The notes under the pieces are model-generated. The model searched no databases. It saw only the letters and a list, made by a program, of their open reading frames with translations, and was not told the DNA's origin. Of a stretch of DNA of 64,000 bases, positions 13,194 to 22,912 are shown piece by piece. This DNA is from Balanoglossus misakiensis (Eukaryota > Animalia > Hemichordata), in contig CM082581.2 of NCBI GenBank assembly GCA_040954595.2, forward strand, positions 1,852,699 to 1,916,698, given 5' to 3'. The translations under genes and the position numbers were made by a program. The stretch's first letter is position 1. Each line of letters starts with the position of its first letter.

Positions 13194-14840
13194 TCATGCA
13201 CTTATTATAGGATTCTGTACATTACACAATAGTGCACTTACAGTCCACATTTCATTTACAATATTAAAAAGTGATATAGGGACAACTCTGTCCCAGATAT
13301 GAAAATTCTTAACTTTATTAATTGCCCTTTCTACATGTATGCGCTCAGCAGCAATTTTTTGTGTTTCTATAACATCTTCTGCACTCATTTGGTCACGTTT
13401 CTCTAGAAATGGTGGAATATTCAGAGACACACCTTTAGGCCTCAAGAGGTCAGCTATGGTGAATCCCTTGTCTGCCATTACAGAGTCACCGTGGTCAAAT
13501 GGCATATCCAGTAACCCTGATCTACATTCAATTTCTCTGTCAGATATGGAGCCAGTATATAAACTGCTGACAAATGTTACAGCTCCACTTGGAGCTATGC
13601 CTATTAGCCCCTTAAGTGTTACATGGTTTTTGTAATTAGACAATAATTGTGAATGTAAAATCAATGAACTGGGCATTTCCACCCTAATTTCTGAACAATC
13701 AATTATGATGCGGGTACTTGGGTACTTCACTGTAAATGATGCAGGCATGTTTCTTGTGATACTGGCTTTGTCTTGCCAAATATTAAGGTGACCCAGTTTC
13801 AAGTAAAGGTAATTTATCCAAGTTATAAATATTCTGCTTACAGTTGACATTGAAATGTTAAACAGAAATGCCAGGTGACGCTCAAAGAAACCCTGCCTTA
13901 AACGACACAAAGTAAGAAGAAATTCATCAATTGGCCGTAGGGTCCGAGGGCGACCCATTTTCTTGTCTGCTTGGCTTTTATCAGTATCATGTAATTTATT
14001 TGTTGAATTCCAGTAGTTAATATTTTCTCCCACTTTACCAGGGTCAATAAATTCAAAGACATCCATTAACGCCAGAAAATTTGGAAATCCTGTATAAGAT
14101 GAAATTACCTCATCACTCTCTTTCATATTTTCAATGTTGAATTGATTACTTTTCAAATTCTTTATTTCTAAATCCTTTTTAATTAAATCTTCCCTCAATA
14201 GTTTTACTTTTTCTTTAAGCATTTCAATGGTTTTTGCATTTGAAAACTCTACATCAGCAATTTTGTTAATAAGTCTCTGGTTTTCAAAAGTAAGTCTTTC
14301 AATTTTTTCAAGGAGTTGCTGTTCATTCCTATGATTTCCAGATGAGATGCCCAGATGTGATTGGTCAACTTCATGACACCCAAGTGTCTGTTGATGAAGT
14401 ACTTCAGTGCTTCCCAGCTGACATCTCTCGTGAAGGTCTCCTGTGGCGGAATCACTTACAGTAGACAATTTACCACTTGGATGCATGCTGTGATTTTCAT
14501 TTACCTCCATCAAAGTATTTTTCTGTGGTGCTGTTCTTGGTGTTGGTAACTTTCGTGCTTGTTTTGTGGATGTCCATTTGAACTGTGATGGTACAGCATT
14601 CGGTTTGAGAAAATATTTATTGGCAAGGGTTCTTGATATGTCCTCATCTGTGAAATGCCTTGAGCAAACCTTTGTGTGATGTGTTATTTTGAAAAATTTT
14701 CCTTCATCCCTCTTGATTTTTGTTATCCATTGTTTTCTTCGCATTTTATCGTTTGGAAAAGAAAAAAAGGAAATTTTCTCCCCATTCTCTCCTCTGTACC
14801 CAGCTCTTGTACAGAACGGTACACAACAGTTATGAACCAT
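13194..14840 (-). CDS. THAP-domain, coiled-coil, HTH and DDE_Tnp_4 (IS5/Harbinger-like) transposase, ~548 aa
   Basis: MVHNCCVPFC..FFSFP..W..VCSRHF..AVPS (THAP); LAFLFNISMSTVSRIF (HTH); IIDCSE, MADKGF, RIHVERAI (DDE); uninterrupted ORF; ATG at 14840 lies just after a splice acceptor. Confidence 0.94.
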   Translation of the reverse strand: MVHNCCVPFCTRAGYRGENGEKISFFSFPNDKMRRKQWITKIKRDEGKFFKITHHTKVCSRHFTDEDISRTLANKYFLKPNAVPSQFKWTSTKQARKLPTPRTAPQKNTLMEVNENHSMHPSGKLSTVSDSATGDLHERCQLGSTEVLHQQTLGCHEVDQSHLGISSGNHRNEQQLLEKIERLTFENQRLINKIADVEFSNAKTIEMLKEKVKLLREDLIKKDLEIKNLKSNQFNIENMKESDEVISSYTGFPNFLALMDVFEFIDPGKVGENINYWNSTNKLHDTDKSQADKKMGRPRTLRPIDEFLLTLCRLRQGFFERHLAFLFNISMSTVSRIFITWINYLYLKLGHLNIWQDKASITRNMPASFTVKYPSTRIIIDCSEIRVEMPSSLILHSQLLSNYKNHVTLKGLIGIAPSGAVTFVSSLYTGSISDREIECRSGLLDMPFDHGDSVMADKGFTIADLLRPKGVSLNIPPFLEKRDQMSAEDVIETQKIAAERIHVERAINKVKNFHIWDRVVPISLFNIVNEMWTVSALLCNVQNPIISA

Positions 14841-15079
14841 GACTGAAAAAAAAACATTCATTCCATTGAACATGAGCAGTTATCAAAAATTATCATAGAG
14901 ATCACGGTCACCTTTTTAGTACTAGTGTACAATCTGACAGTTTTATATTCACAGTCCCTTCGAAACTTTTATTCAGTACTGAAAATGCACACCACAATAT
15001 CACATTATGGCATAATGCCACCTTGAGACTAAATAGTACCACAAATTATAGTTTTATTTACTGTATATCGACTTTTATT

Positions 15080-15455
15080 TTTTTTTTCGCTGAGTCGATC
15101 GAAGTAACAGTTACACTAAAACCCAAGTAACCGTATCGCGTGCTCTTTTTCGGTCGCTCCAAAAAAAAATTTTGAGATCGCAAAAATTGAAAGAAATTCA
15201 CACTTTTTTTGCTATAATATCTCAGAAGCTAAACAAGAAGGTGCTTAAAATATGACTGAAAACAAAAATACAGCTGCGAATTCGAGAAATTCTTACCTTG
15301 AAAAGTTTTATCGGCGTCGCCACTTCCGTCAACAAACCGCTGAGCCTGTGTTTACGAGCTGTCATCAACTCATCAGGGGCGTACACCCAGTGGCCTCGCT
15401 TTGAGGTCAAATTCATGATAGCCACAAGAGGGCGCTAGACTTATGAAACCTGTGT
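15080..15455 (-). repeat. Right TIR of the ISL2EU element
   Basis: Mirror of 10343-10715. Confidence 0.92.
15421..15437 (+). promoter_or_regulatory. CTCF-like motif in right TIR
   Basis: GCCACAAGAGGGCGCTA. Confidence 0.55.
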
Positions 15456-16950
15456 ATGATTTGACTGCATTGATTTCTTCATGTAAAAGGCCCGTCCTTA
15501 AAACAACCCATGAAAATATTCCCTCATGATCTTCTGATAAAATTTTCCGAATAATTACATATGGCAAGCCATCACACCTGATTATAACCCATTCCATATA
15601 TGTACAATAATCTCCACTGCCCTCGTCATGATTAAAATATTGTTTGATTTTTGCAAGTTTACCAATGTGATTAAGAATTTCTTTCACTGATTTGAAACAA
15701 TTAGGATTTACAAAAATAGGAGACATAACATAAATATTTGCTTTATTTGCTTGTTTTGGGGGCTTTTTAACAATTCTGGAAGTTTACTTTCCCATGTGAG
15801 CAACCTTTACTTCACCAACACACTCATGCAAAATGGTTCCCTTCGAATGCCACAACCTCGACACTTAGCAATTCTCGATTTGCCCTTCGTGTGGGTGAAA
15901 CCACACTTGGGGCAAATCTCGACGCTGTCAGTCTGTTGTTTTTGTTGTAAGTATGTGTCAATAGAGTCAGTCTGTGGTGCATTTTCTACATTGATAGTGG
16001 CTACAGAAGATAAAATTAAATCATCAACATAAGAAGCAATGGACTCTTTGACAACTGAATCAAACTCATCATACTTGCTGCCCTCTGTATTGGAAACATC
16101 TGTCTCTGAAACCTTCTGCCACTGACTTGGCTTCAACCCAGAATCATATTGCAGTGATGATTCTGGGTCCAGCTGAGAAGCAATAATGTTAGTAAAATAT
16201 CCAAAGTAACTGAATTACCATTTCTGTTAATGTAATTTTTAGAAAGATGTTGTTCATTATCAAAAGAAAATTCAACTCACCCCTCAGGTGCATCTGGAAA
16301 ATCAAAATTACCTTTGAAAAGAATATTGTTAATGACATCATAACATGGGCCTGCTGTTACGTGGCCCATGAGATCAACTGCCAGGCGACTTCTGGTCAAA
16401 CTAAATAAAATAACTTTAATTGCAGAAATAAAACTACTCACAAACTTAGGATTCCTGGCAGTATAAAGAAGTTCAACGGCATGGGCAAGATATTGAGTGT
16501 TATTTTGGATTCCAGTATTTGGCATACAAATCTCCTCAAGAAGGAAACCAAGACAAGATTCCATTATGACAATAGATTAGGTAAATCTATGTCTGATAAA
16601 TTTTGAACAGACTACCTGTCTTGGTTTTGGCAGAGGAGATCTGCATGCCTGTAAATTTCTAAATTTTCTAATTTCCCAATTTCCCTTACAGCTTCCACCC
16701 TCTCTTCCCTTGTATTAACCTCCCCCCGATTTCCCTTTTCAGTCTCTCAATTTCTTCCTCCAACTCTTTTATTTTCTCTTTGTCCTGAAAATAAAATAAA
16801 ATACACATGTTATTCAGAAATGCCATTTTGATCATTTCAAGGCCCAAACTGACAGCATTTTCTTCGCATTGATTGTAGACCATTTCAATTACCTTGCTTC
16901 TGTCTTTCTCTTCGCCAGTCTTCTTTTGATTTTTTTTCATGTTCACACTC
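15456..16950 (-). pseudogene. Academ-like DDE transposase pseudogene, 5' part
   Basis: AVELLYTARN..; FSFDNEQ (first D); CPKC..CRGC zinc ribbon; PIFVNPN; CDGLPY; LRTGLLHEEINAVKS; continues at 10342 once the ISL2EU insert is removed. Confidence 0.65.
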
Positions 16951-17110
16951 CTGAAATAAATGCAACAGTTTTAAAACATTAAATTATTATTCGCTCATGT
17001 AAGTAAGACCAGTAGAACAATTTTAATTAATTCTGAATAGAAAAAAATTGTTACTGACAACTGGACAAAAAACTACTTAATCTGTAGTGTATTATTTGAA
17101 CATGATTACC

Positions 17111-17260
17111 TTTATTTTATTTTCATCCAAATCAAGTCACAACAAACTGTCCTTGTAACTTTTATACTCATGTGTATCACTACAATTTCATTTAATCTCT
17201 ATATTATAAAAGTTACAAGGAGAGTTTGTTGTGACTTGATTTGGATGAAAATAAAATAAA
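17111..17260. repeat. Foldback element with ~55-bp near-perfect arms
   Basis: TTTATTTTATTTTCATCCAAATCAAGTCACAACAAACT.TCCTTGTAACTTTTATA and its reverse complement ending at 17260. Confidence 0.88.
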
Positions 17261-17597
17261 CATCTTCGACAAAGCTTCAAAAATTAAGCTTGTTTAAAGG
17301 TTTGTTTAGTAAAGCATTGTTGATTTTTTTTCACCAAGCTTTGAAGACGCTTGGCCAAAGATTGGAATTATAAGGTTTCTCAAAGGTCAGTACAGCTTAG
17401 GTTCAACTAAGGCTAGTAATAAGAAGCTTCAGCGAAGGTTGGCACACGACACGACCCCTTCAGCAAAGGTCGGCACGCAAACTCTTGTAGCAAGCTTCAG
17501 CACAAAGCTTTTTGCAACATTGTTCCAAGCTTTGTCCAAGGTACTGCACAATCACGTGTGTAGAAGGTGCCAAATACAGGCGTTGCATGTATGATAA

Positions 17598-19661
17598 GGC
17601 TGGGCAAATTCAAAATTATGTTTGACGTCAGTGCGCGCCTAGGTTTACGAGAAATTTCGCAAATACAAACAAATATGCAAATGAGGTCAAACGGGGTCAT
17701 TGATGTCATATGTCTGTTCGTCTCACTATGTCCTCCTATCGACCGTGGTTGTTGCATGACGAGAACGTGTCGTCTGTAGGTTTCAAAGTCGCCTGTGGGT
17801 AAAATTGGAGAAAGATGGCAAAAGATGTTCATAAAACGAGAGTACGCGAAATTATAAGTTGCACAGTTACACAGAACAAGAAGATGGCAATAGATTGGTA
17901 TGCCTTCGAAGTCAGTCCAAATGACAGCTTCGCTGCGCTGTACAAAGGGCTAGTTCTCCTTAGTCAGACTAAACACGATCGGTTCAAAACAAAAATTGCA
18001 AAAGATGGCAGAACGTCTTGTTACCTGTTACAGTCGGAAAAATGTGGTGAAGGTGAGAAGATAGAGGTGTGTCCACGATTGTCTATCGCAAAAACGTGTG
18101 ATCGGTTCCACAAGTATTACATTCTTTTTGATGTAAAATCAAAAGGAGACGAAAATACCAACGCTGACGTAGTGCAAACTCAGAAAGATGTTAATAGACC
18201 AGTCAGAATTATGGAGGTACCTCCATGGTCAGAATGAAAGGTGATTTCAAGGCTGTCCATGTGATCCAAGGTTAGTAAAACATTATTTTATTTACAATTT
18301 TGTTGTATGTCAGTGAATAAATGTTGTGTATGACCATACTGCAGCCCAGAACAAGTTGTCTGAGCCAATTTGTTGCATTCCACATATAGACTGAAAACAA
18401 ATTTGCTAAAATAAATTTTGTTTGAGTAGAATTACAAACACTGATTTTTGTATCATTTAGTAGCACAGAACTTGGCACTATTCTGTTATAACTCTACAGC
18501 TTTGCCTTCTGTAGTGTTGGCCTAAGTAAGTACAGTTTATGCTGTAGTACCTGTAAAGTCATGTAAACATCCATTTAATTTATACTTTTTTCTTTGCAAA
18601 AGATCCTGTTCCGGATGAAAGTGGGGACCACTTTGAAAGGTTTACAGAAGTCCAAGGCAGACCAACACGTGAAATTAATTGCCCCAGCAGAAAGGGACTG
18701 GTACTTGATGCAGAAAACACCAACTTCAGGCTGAGTGGTGAAAAGTTGGAGCTGTGGACTGGTGCCCTGCATAGATTGCAAAAAGCCCGGGTATGGTAAA
18801 GCATTGTATACAGTACTATATTGGACATTTTAATATCCATTGTAAATTGGATATTCCTTTCTCATTTGTCAATTTACCACACTGCAAGCCATACAATGTA
18901 GTAAATAATGTGTATTGTGAAAAAGTGAAGAGAAAGGGACTGAACCTCGTACACTGAGACATTAACAGTGTCTTGTTATGTGTTTTCTATGTATATGTAC
19001 ATGTATATTAAAAAATTAATACAACTAAGACTTCTCTGTTTTTTATTTCTCTTTGATAGGTGTATTTATCTGCAAAGAGGCTTGATTCACAGCAAAAAAA
19101 CAGCAACTTCAGGTATTCCTAGATGATGGTCTTTATACCTGTGGCGGGGTACTAGTAAAACCAAGTCATCCTCTCTATGGAACGTGTGTTGTGAGCCAGA
19201 ATCAGAGTTAAATTTGTTAAATTTTCAACTGTTAAATTTTCAACAGTTCCACTTCGCCAGAAAATGTTGTGTTTTGACTGTTTTCATGAGCAAGTTGTAC
19301 AGAACTGATGGACTTCATCAAATGGAAATTGTGACTGTCAAAATGTTTGGCTGAAACTTTTTTCAATAAAATTGTTCAACTGATATATGCGTATGTGCAT
19401 TAATATTGAATTTACTGTTTACTCAGTATCTTTGAACGTGACACTGTAAACGTCTGTGGAATAATTTAGATGTAAAATATGTTTAAAGTTTAAGGACAAG
19501 GGTTTTCTTCAATGGATATTTGCTTTCAATTTCTCATAATATCTCATTTGCATATTTTGGAATATATAATTAGTTTGTTTTGTTGACCACCCCCCCCCCC
19601 CCCCCTCATAGGTTTTGGGGTCTTGGGGTGACGTCAAACATAGTTTTGAATTTGCGCAGCC
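17598..19661 (+). mobile_element. Internally deleted Zator-like DNA transposon with 33-bp TIRs and TAA TSD
   Basis: TAA|GGCTGGGCAAATTCAAAATTATGTTTGACGTCA ... TGACGTCAAACATAGTTTTGAATTTGCGCAGCC|TAA; residual exons DPVPDESGDHFERFTEVQG, CIDCKKPR, YTCGGVL. Confidence 0.8.
17815..18237 (+). pseudogene. Probable N-terminal exon of the deleted Zator-like element's protein
   Basis: 140-aa ATG ORF ~220 bp inside the left TIR, same strand as the C-terminal transposase fragments. Confidence 0.5.
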
Positions 19662-20399
19662 TAATAGAGAGGTTCGTCTACACGTTATACGCGAACGTGA
19701 ACGCGCAACGTCACGAATTTCTGTTATGACGTCATCAAGTTTTGTGTAAAGTTTGACGTTCACATAAAAGACCGCGTTTTTACATGGAGATAGATGTTTT
19801 CACGTTAGTTGCGAACGTGAAAAGTTATTCTCATTTTGGGCAACAAAAATTCATATTATCTACGAAATATGTGTATGCCTTGTTAGCTTGAAATCTCATA
19901 ATGACAAACGAAAACGCATTTATTTCTTTTTAGTCATTTTATGTGAAATTTGGTCATCAATTTGTAATGTCGCCCGACAGTTGAATCCCTAGTTGCAGTG
20001 CAGCGACGCGGAATAATGATGTACACGCTCAAAATTCGAATACAGAGTGCGCGTTCCACACAAACAGACGTTGACGTAAAGCCAAATTCTTTTCCATAGA
20101 GAGGTTTAGTTACACGTAAATACGCGTACGTCTGATGGCAGGCAGTGGCGTTCGCGTATGCGTAGTGACGCGTGAATTTTGCAGTTTAGTTGTCCGTTTT
20201 GAACAGCTCGTCTCCGATCTTCTCGACAACAATGTGTTTTACTACTCAGATAATGAAACAGCACGGCAACAAATCCTGTATGTGGTGGGACGTTTATCAA
20301 CAAGACGCAAATGGTCCAAATCCTCAAGGTCAAAACGAAATGACAACAACACCGGTGCCGCCAATAACACCAAGTCACGCGAACGGCAGCAGTAACAAC

Positions 20400-22120
20400 A
20401 ACAATGACATCAACGACAGGTACGGAAATTGTCAAGTTTCAAATGAAGAAATGGTTGATTTCGTTAGGCACCAAATCCCAAAGAACATAATCAGAAAACA
20501 CCGAACTGACATAAACCAGCTTCAAACTTGGCTTAATTTGACCCAGTCAGAGTATCGTAAAGGCCATCTTATCCCACCACACGAACTGGACAACTACTGA
20601 GCAAATACCAGAAAACGAGATTGAACTGAATATGTAGCCCGGAGACCAGGGCGTCGAAAAGAAACGCCCGGTGACAGTCTCTATTTACGCACAGAATTTT
20701 GTGCGCAGAACGACACGGGCGGTAAATCTTGCATGTAAGCTAATTGGTCACTCAATGTAAACCAAATGACATCATCGCATTCTAAATAAGAAAATAGAGG
20801 CGTGAAATTCCCGCGATGGGATGTGGGAGTGGTTTTGAAGGAGTATGAATATTCATAACCAAGCTTTGTTAATTATATCATCCAACCACTGGCGCCCGTC
20901 AACATTTGATAGATCACTCGTTATCCATTCGTTACTAAGCGACCCTGATCGTAGCCGGGGCTACTATCTTTCAGCTCAGCATGACATTGCTCGACTGTTG
21001 TATTTTAGATCGATGCCCTGGTCTCCGGGCTACTGAATATGAGCCAGCGACAATGCACAGTTTCCTGAATTCAATCGACCGACTATTACGTGAAAATAAA
21101 TATCAGTGGAATATTAAAACAGATGCTCTTTTCGAGGGCGCTAGACGAGTCTTCGCTGCTAAAAGAAGAACCTAAAAGCTATGGGCTAGGGCAACGCACC
21201 CAATAAAACCGAGCCACTAACTGCCGACGACGTCGATGCACTTTACAATACTGGACAGCTTGGTATGCATCGCCCAGCAGCACTTCAGAATACCGTGTGG
21301 TGGTTTCTAACAACCCAGTTCGGCCTACACCATGGAACTGGGTGATATTGTCGAGGGCACCGAAGTCATCGATGGCGATATCGTGAAATATATCGAATAC
21401 AACATCGAGAGACAGACAATAACAAGACAAGGAGAAAACCCACGAAACACGAGAAAAATAAAGCCCAGAATGTACGAAAATAAATCAAACCCAGAACTGT
21501 GTCCGGTTGCAGCTTTTAAGAAGTTTACCGAAATGCGTCCAACGTCAATGATGGCTGCCGTTAGTCCAGTTTACCTCGCCGTAAATCACAAATACAATGC
21601 ATCTGACGAGAACAACTGGTACAAGAATCAGCGACTGGGCATCAACTCCCTCAGAGGCCTGATGAAAACTATGGCACAAGCGGCGAATCTTAGCAGTAAG
21701 AAAACGAACCATTCAGCTCGGACGACCCTAGTTACAGAACTGAACAACGTGGATGTACCCTCGACTCATATCATGCAACGGACAGCACACAAGAACGTCA
21801 ACAGCATCACTCACTACGCCACAGTGTCACAGAAACAACAGCTAAAAATGTCCTCCATCATGAGCAACATGAAATCGGCCCCATCGTCAACTAGGCCTAA
21901 CCCGCAAACGGACACAACAACTGCACAGTCATCAGATGACACCCGTAATGTTCATTCAAGTTCACTGTTTGGCCCTGGTCAAACGATAACGGGCGGTACA
22001 TTCACTTCAGTATAAATATCAACCAGCCACTGAGATCAAACATGGGCGACAACGCATCGCAATATAAGCCAATAAGAAAACGGATTTATGTTATAGATTC
22101 GGACAGTGACTCTGAGTGTT
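20400..22120 (+). pseudogene. Crypton (CryptonA/DUF3504-like) tyrosine recombinase pseudogene
   Basis: IPKNIIRK..; RKRD*TEYEPATMHSFLNSIDRLL; PELCPVAAF; WYKNQRLGINSL; TNHSAR..IMQRTAHKNVNSITHY (catalytic H-x-x-R...H...Y). Confidence 0.88.
20635..21032. mobile_element. 398-bp non-autonomous Academ/AcademH-type element with TAG...CTA termini and a 9-bp TSD
   Basis: CTGAATATG|TAGCCCGGAGACCAGGGCGTCGA ... TCGATGCCCTGGTCTCCGGGCTA|CTGAATATG. Confidence 0.88.
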
Positions 22121-22651
22121 AAATGTTGAGTGAACTGAGTTTCATATTTAGGGGTTGCCTGTTCAAGTGTTCACACTATATTTCATATTAAAGCTAGGAC
22201 TGTTATGTTTGTAAGTTCAGTATTTCGCCGTTAAGGGCCTGGTCAGAATTAACAGGGGGGAAGGCCGGTGCGATTGGGGGGAGGGTCACCATTTCTCATG
22301 CAACGGTTTGGGGGAGGGCCGCTACATTTTGGGCACTTGTCAAGGGGAGGGTCACTAATTTTTGTGCAAGGATGACACCGAAAATGTTTCAAAATTTGAA
22401 GTGTTACAGAGAAATACTGAAAAGAGACTTGCGCTCATAGGCACTCATGTATGGATATATTGACATCCCTTGTACTACAAAATACACCACACAACTCACA
22501 AAACATACACATGTACCAGTATGTGATCTTAAATATGAATATATGAATACAAATCTTTAATCAGAACAAACACAATCATAAAAGAACTTATGTAAGAAAT
22601 GTACTTTTCGCAAAAATAACTTAATACATAAATATACAGTTTTTTATGAAA

Positions 22652-22820
22652 AGGTGACGTCCGAGTCCATTTGTATGTGGCAGAGATTATTGATGCTTTC
22701 TGCATATTGTCATTGTGACGACTGCGCTGGGGTGTCCCCATCTTGCTCTTACAATGTGACAACATGCAGAATGCCTCAATAATCTCTGCCAAATAAAAAT
22801 GGACTCGGACGCTGCCACCT
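22652..22820. repeat. Foldback element (second copy at ~25316-25484)
   Basis: CGTCCGAGTCCATTT..TGGCAGAGATTATTGA.GC.TTCTGCAT.TTGTCA pairs with TGACAACATGCAGAATGCCTCAATAATCTCTGCCA..AAATGGACTCGGACG. Confidence 0.85.
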
Positions 22821-22912
22821 AGCCAATAATAAGACACTTCGGTTTATTTATACTAGTATGCTGTCACCGCTATTAAAGTACTGTTACTGCTACTACTGTA
22901 AAACAATGCATT

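Larger units (their letters stand above)
10343..15455. mobile_element. ISL2EU-type (PIF/Harbinger-ISL2EU group) autonomous DNA transposon, 5113 bp, with long TIRs and an AT (or TA) TSD
   Basis: AT|ACACGGGTTTCATAAGTCTAGCGCC... and ...GGCGCTAGACTTATGAAACCTGTGT|AT; two convergent intact ORFs (YqaJ nuclease and THAP-DDE), the established ISL2EU layout. Confidence 0.92.
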
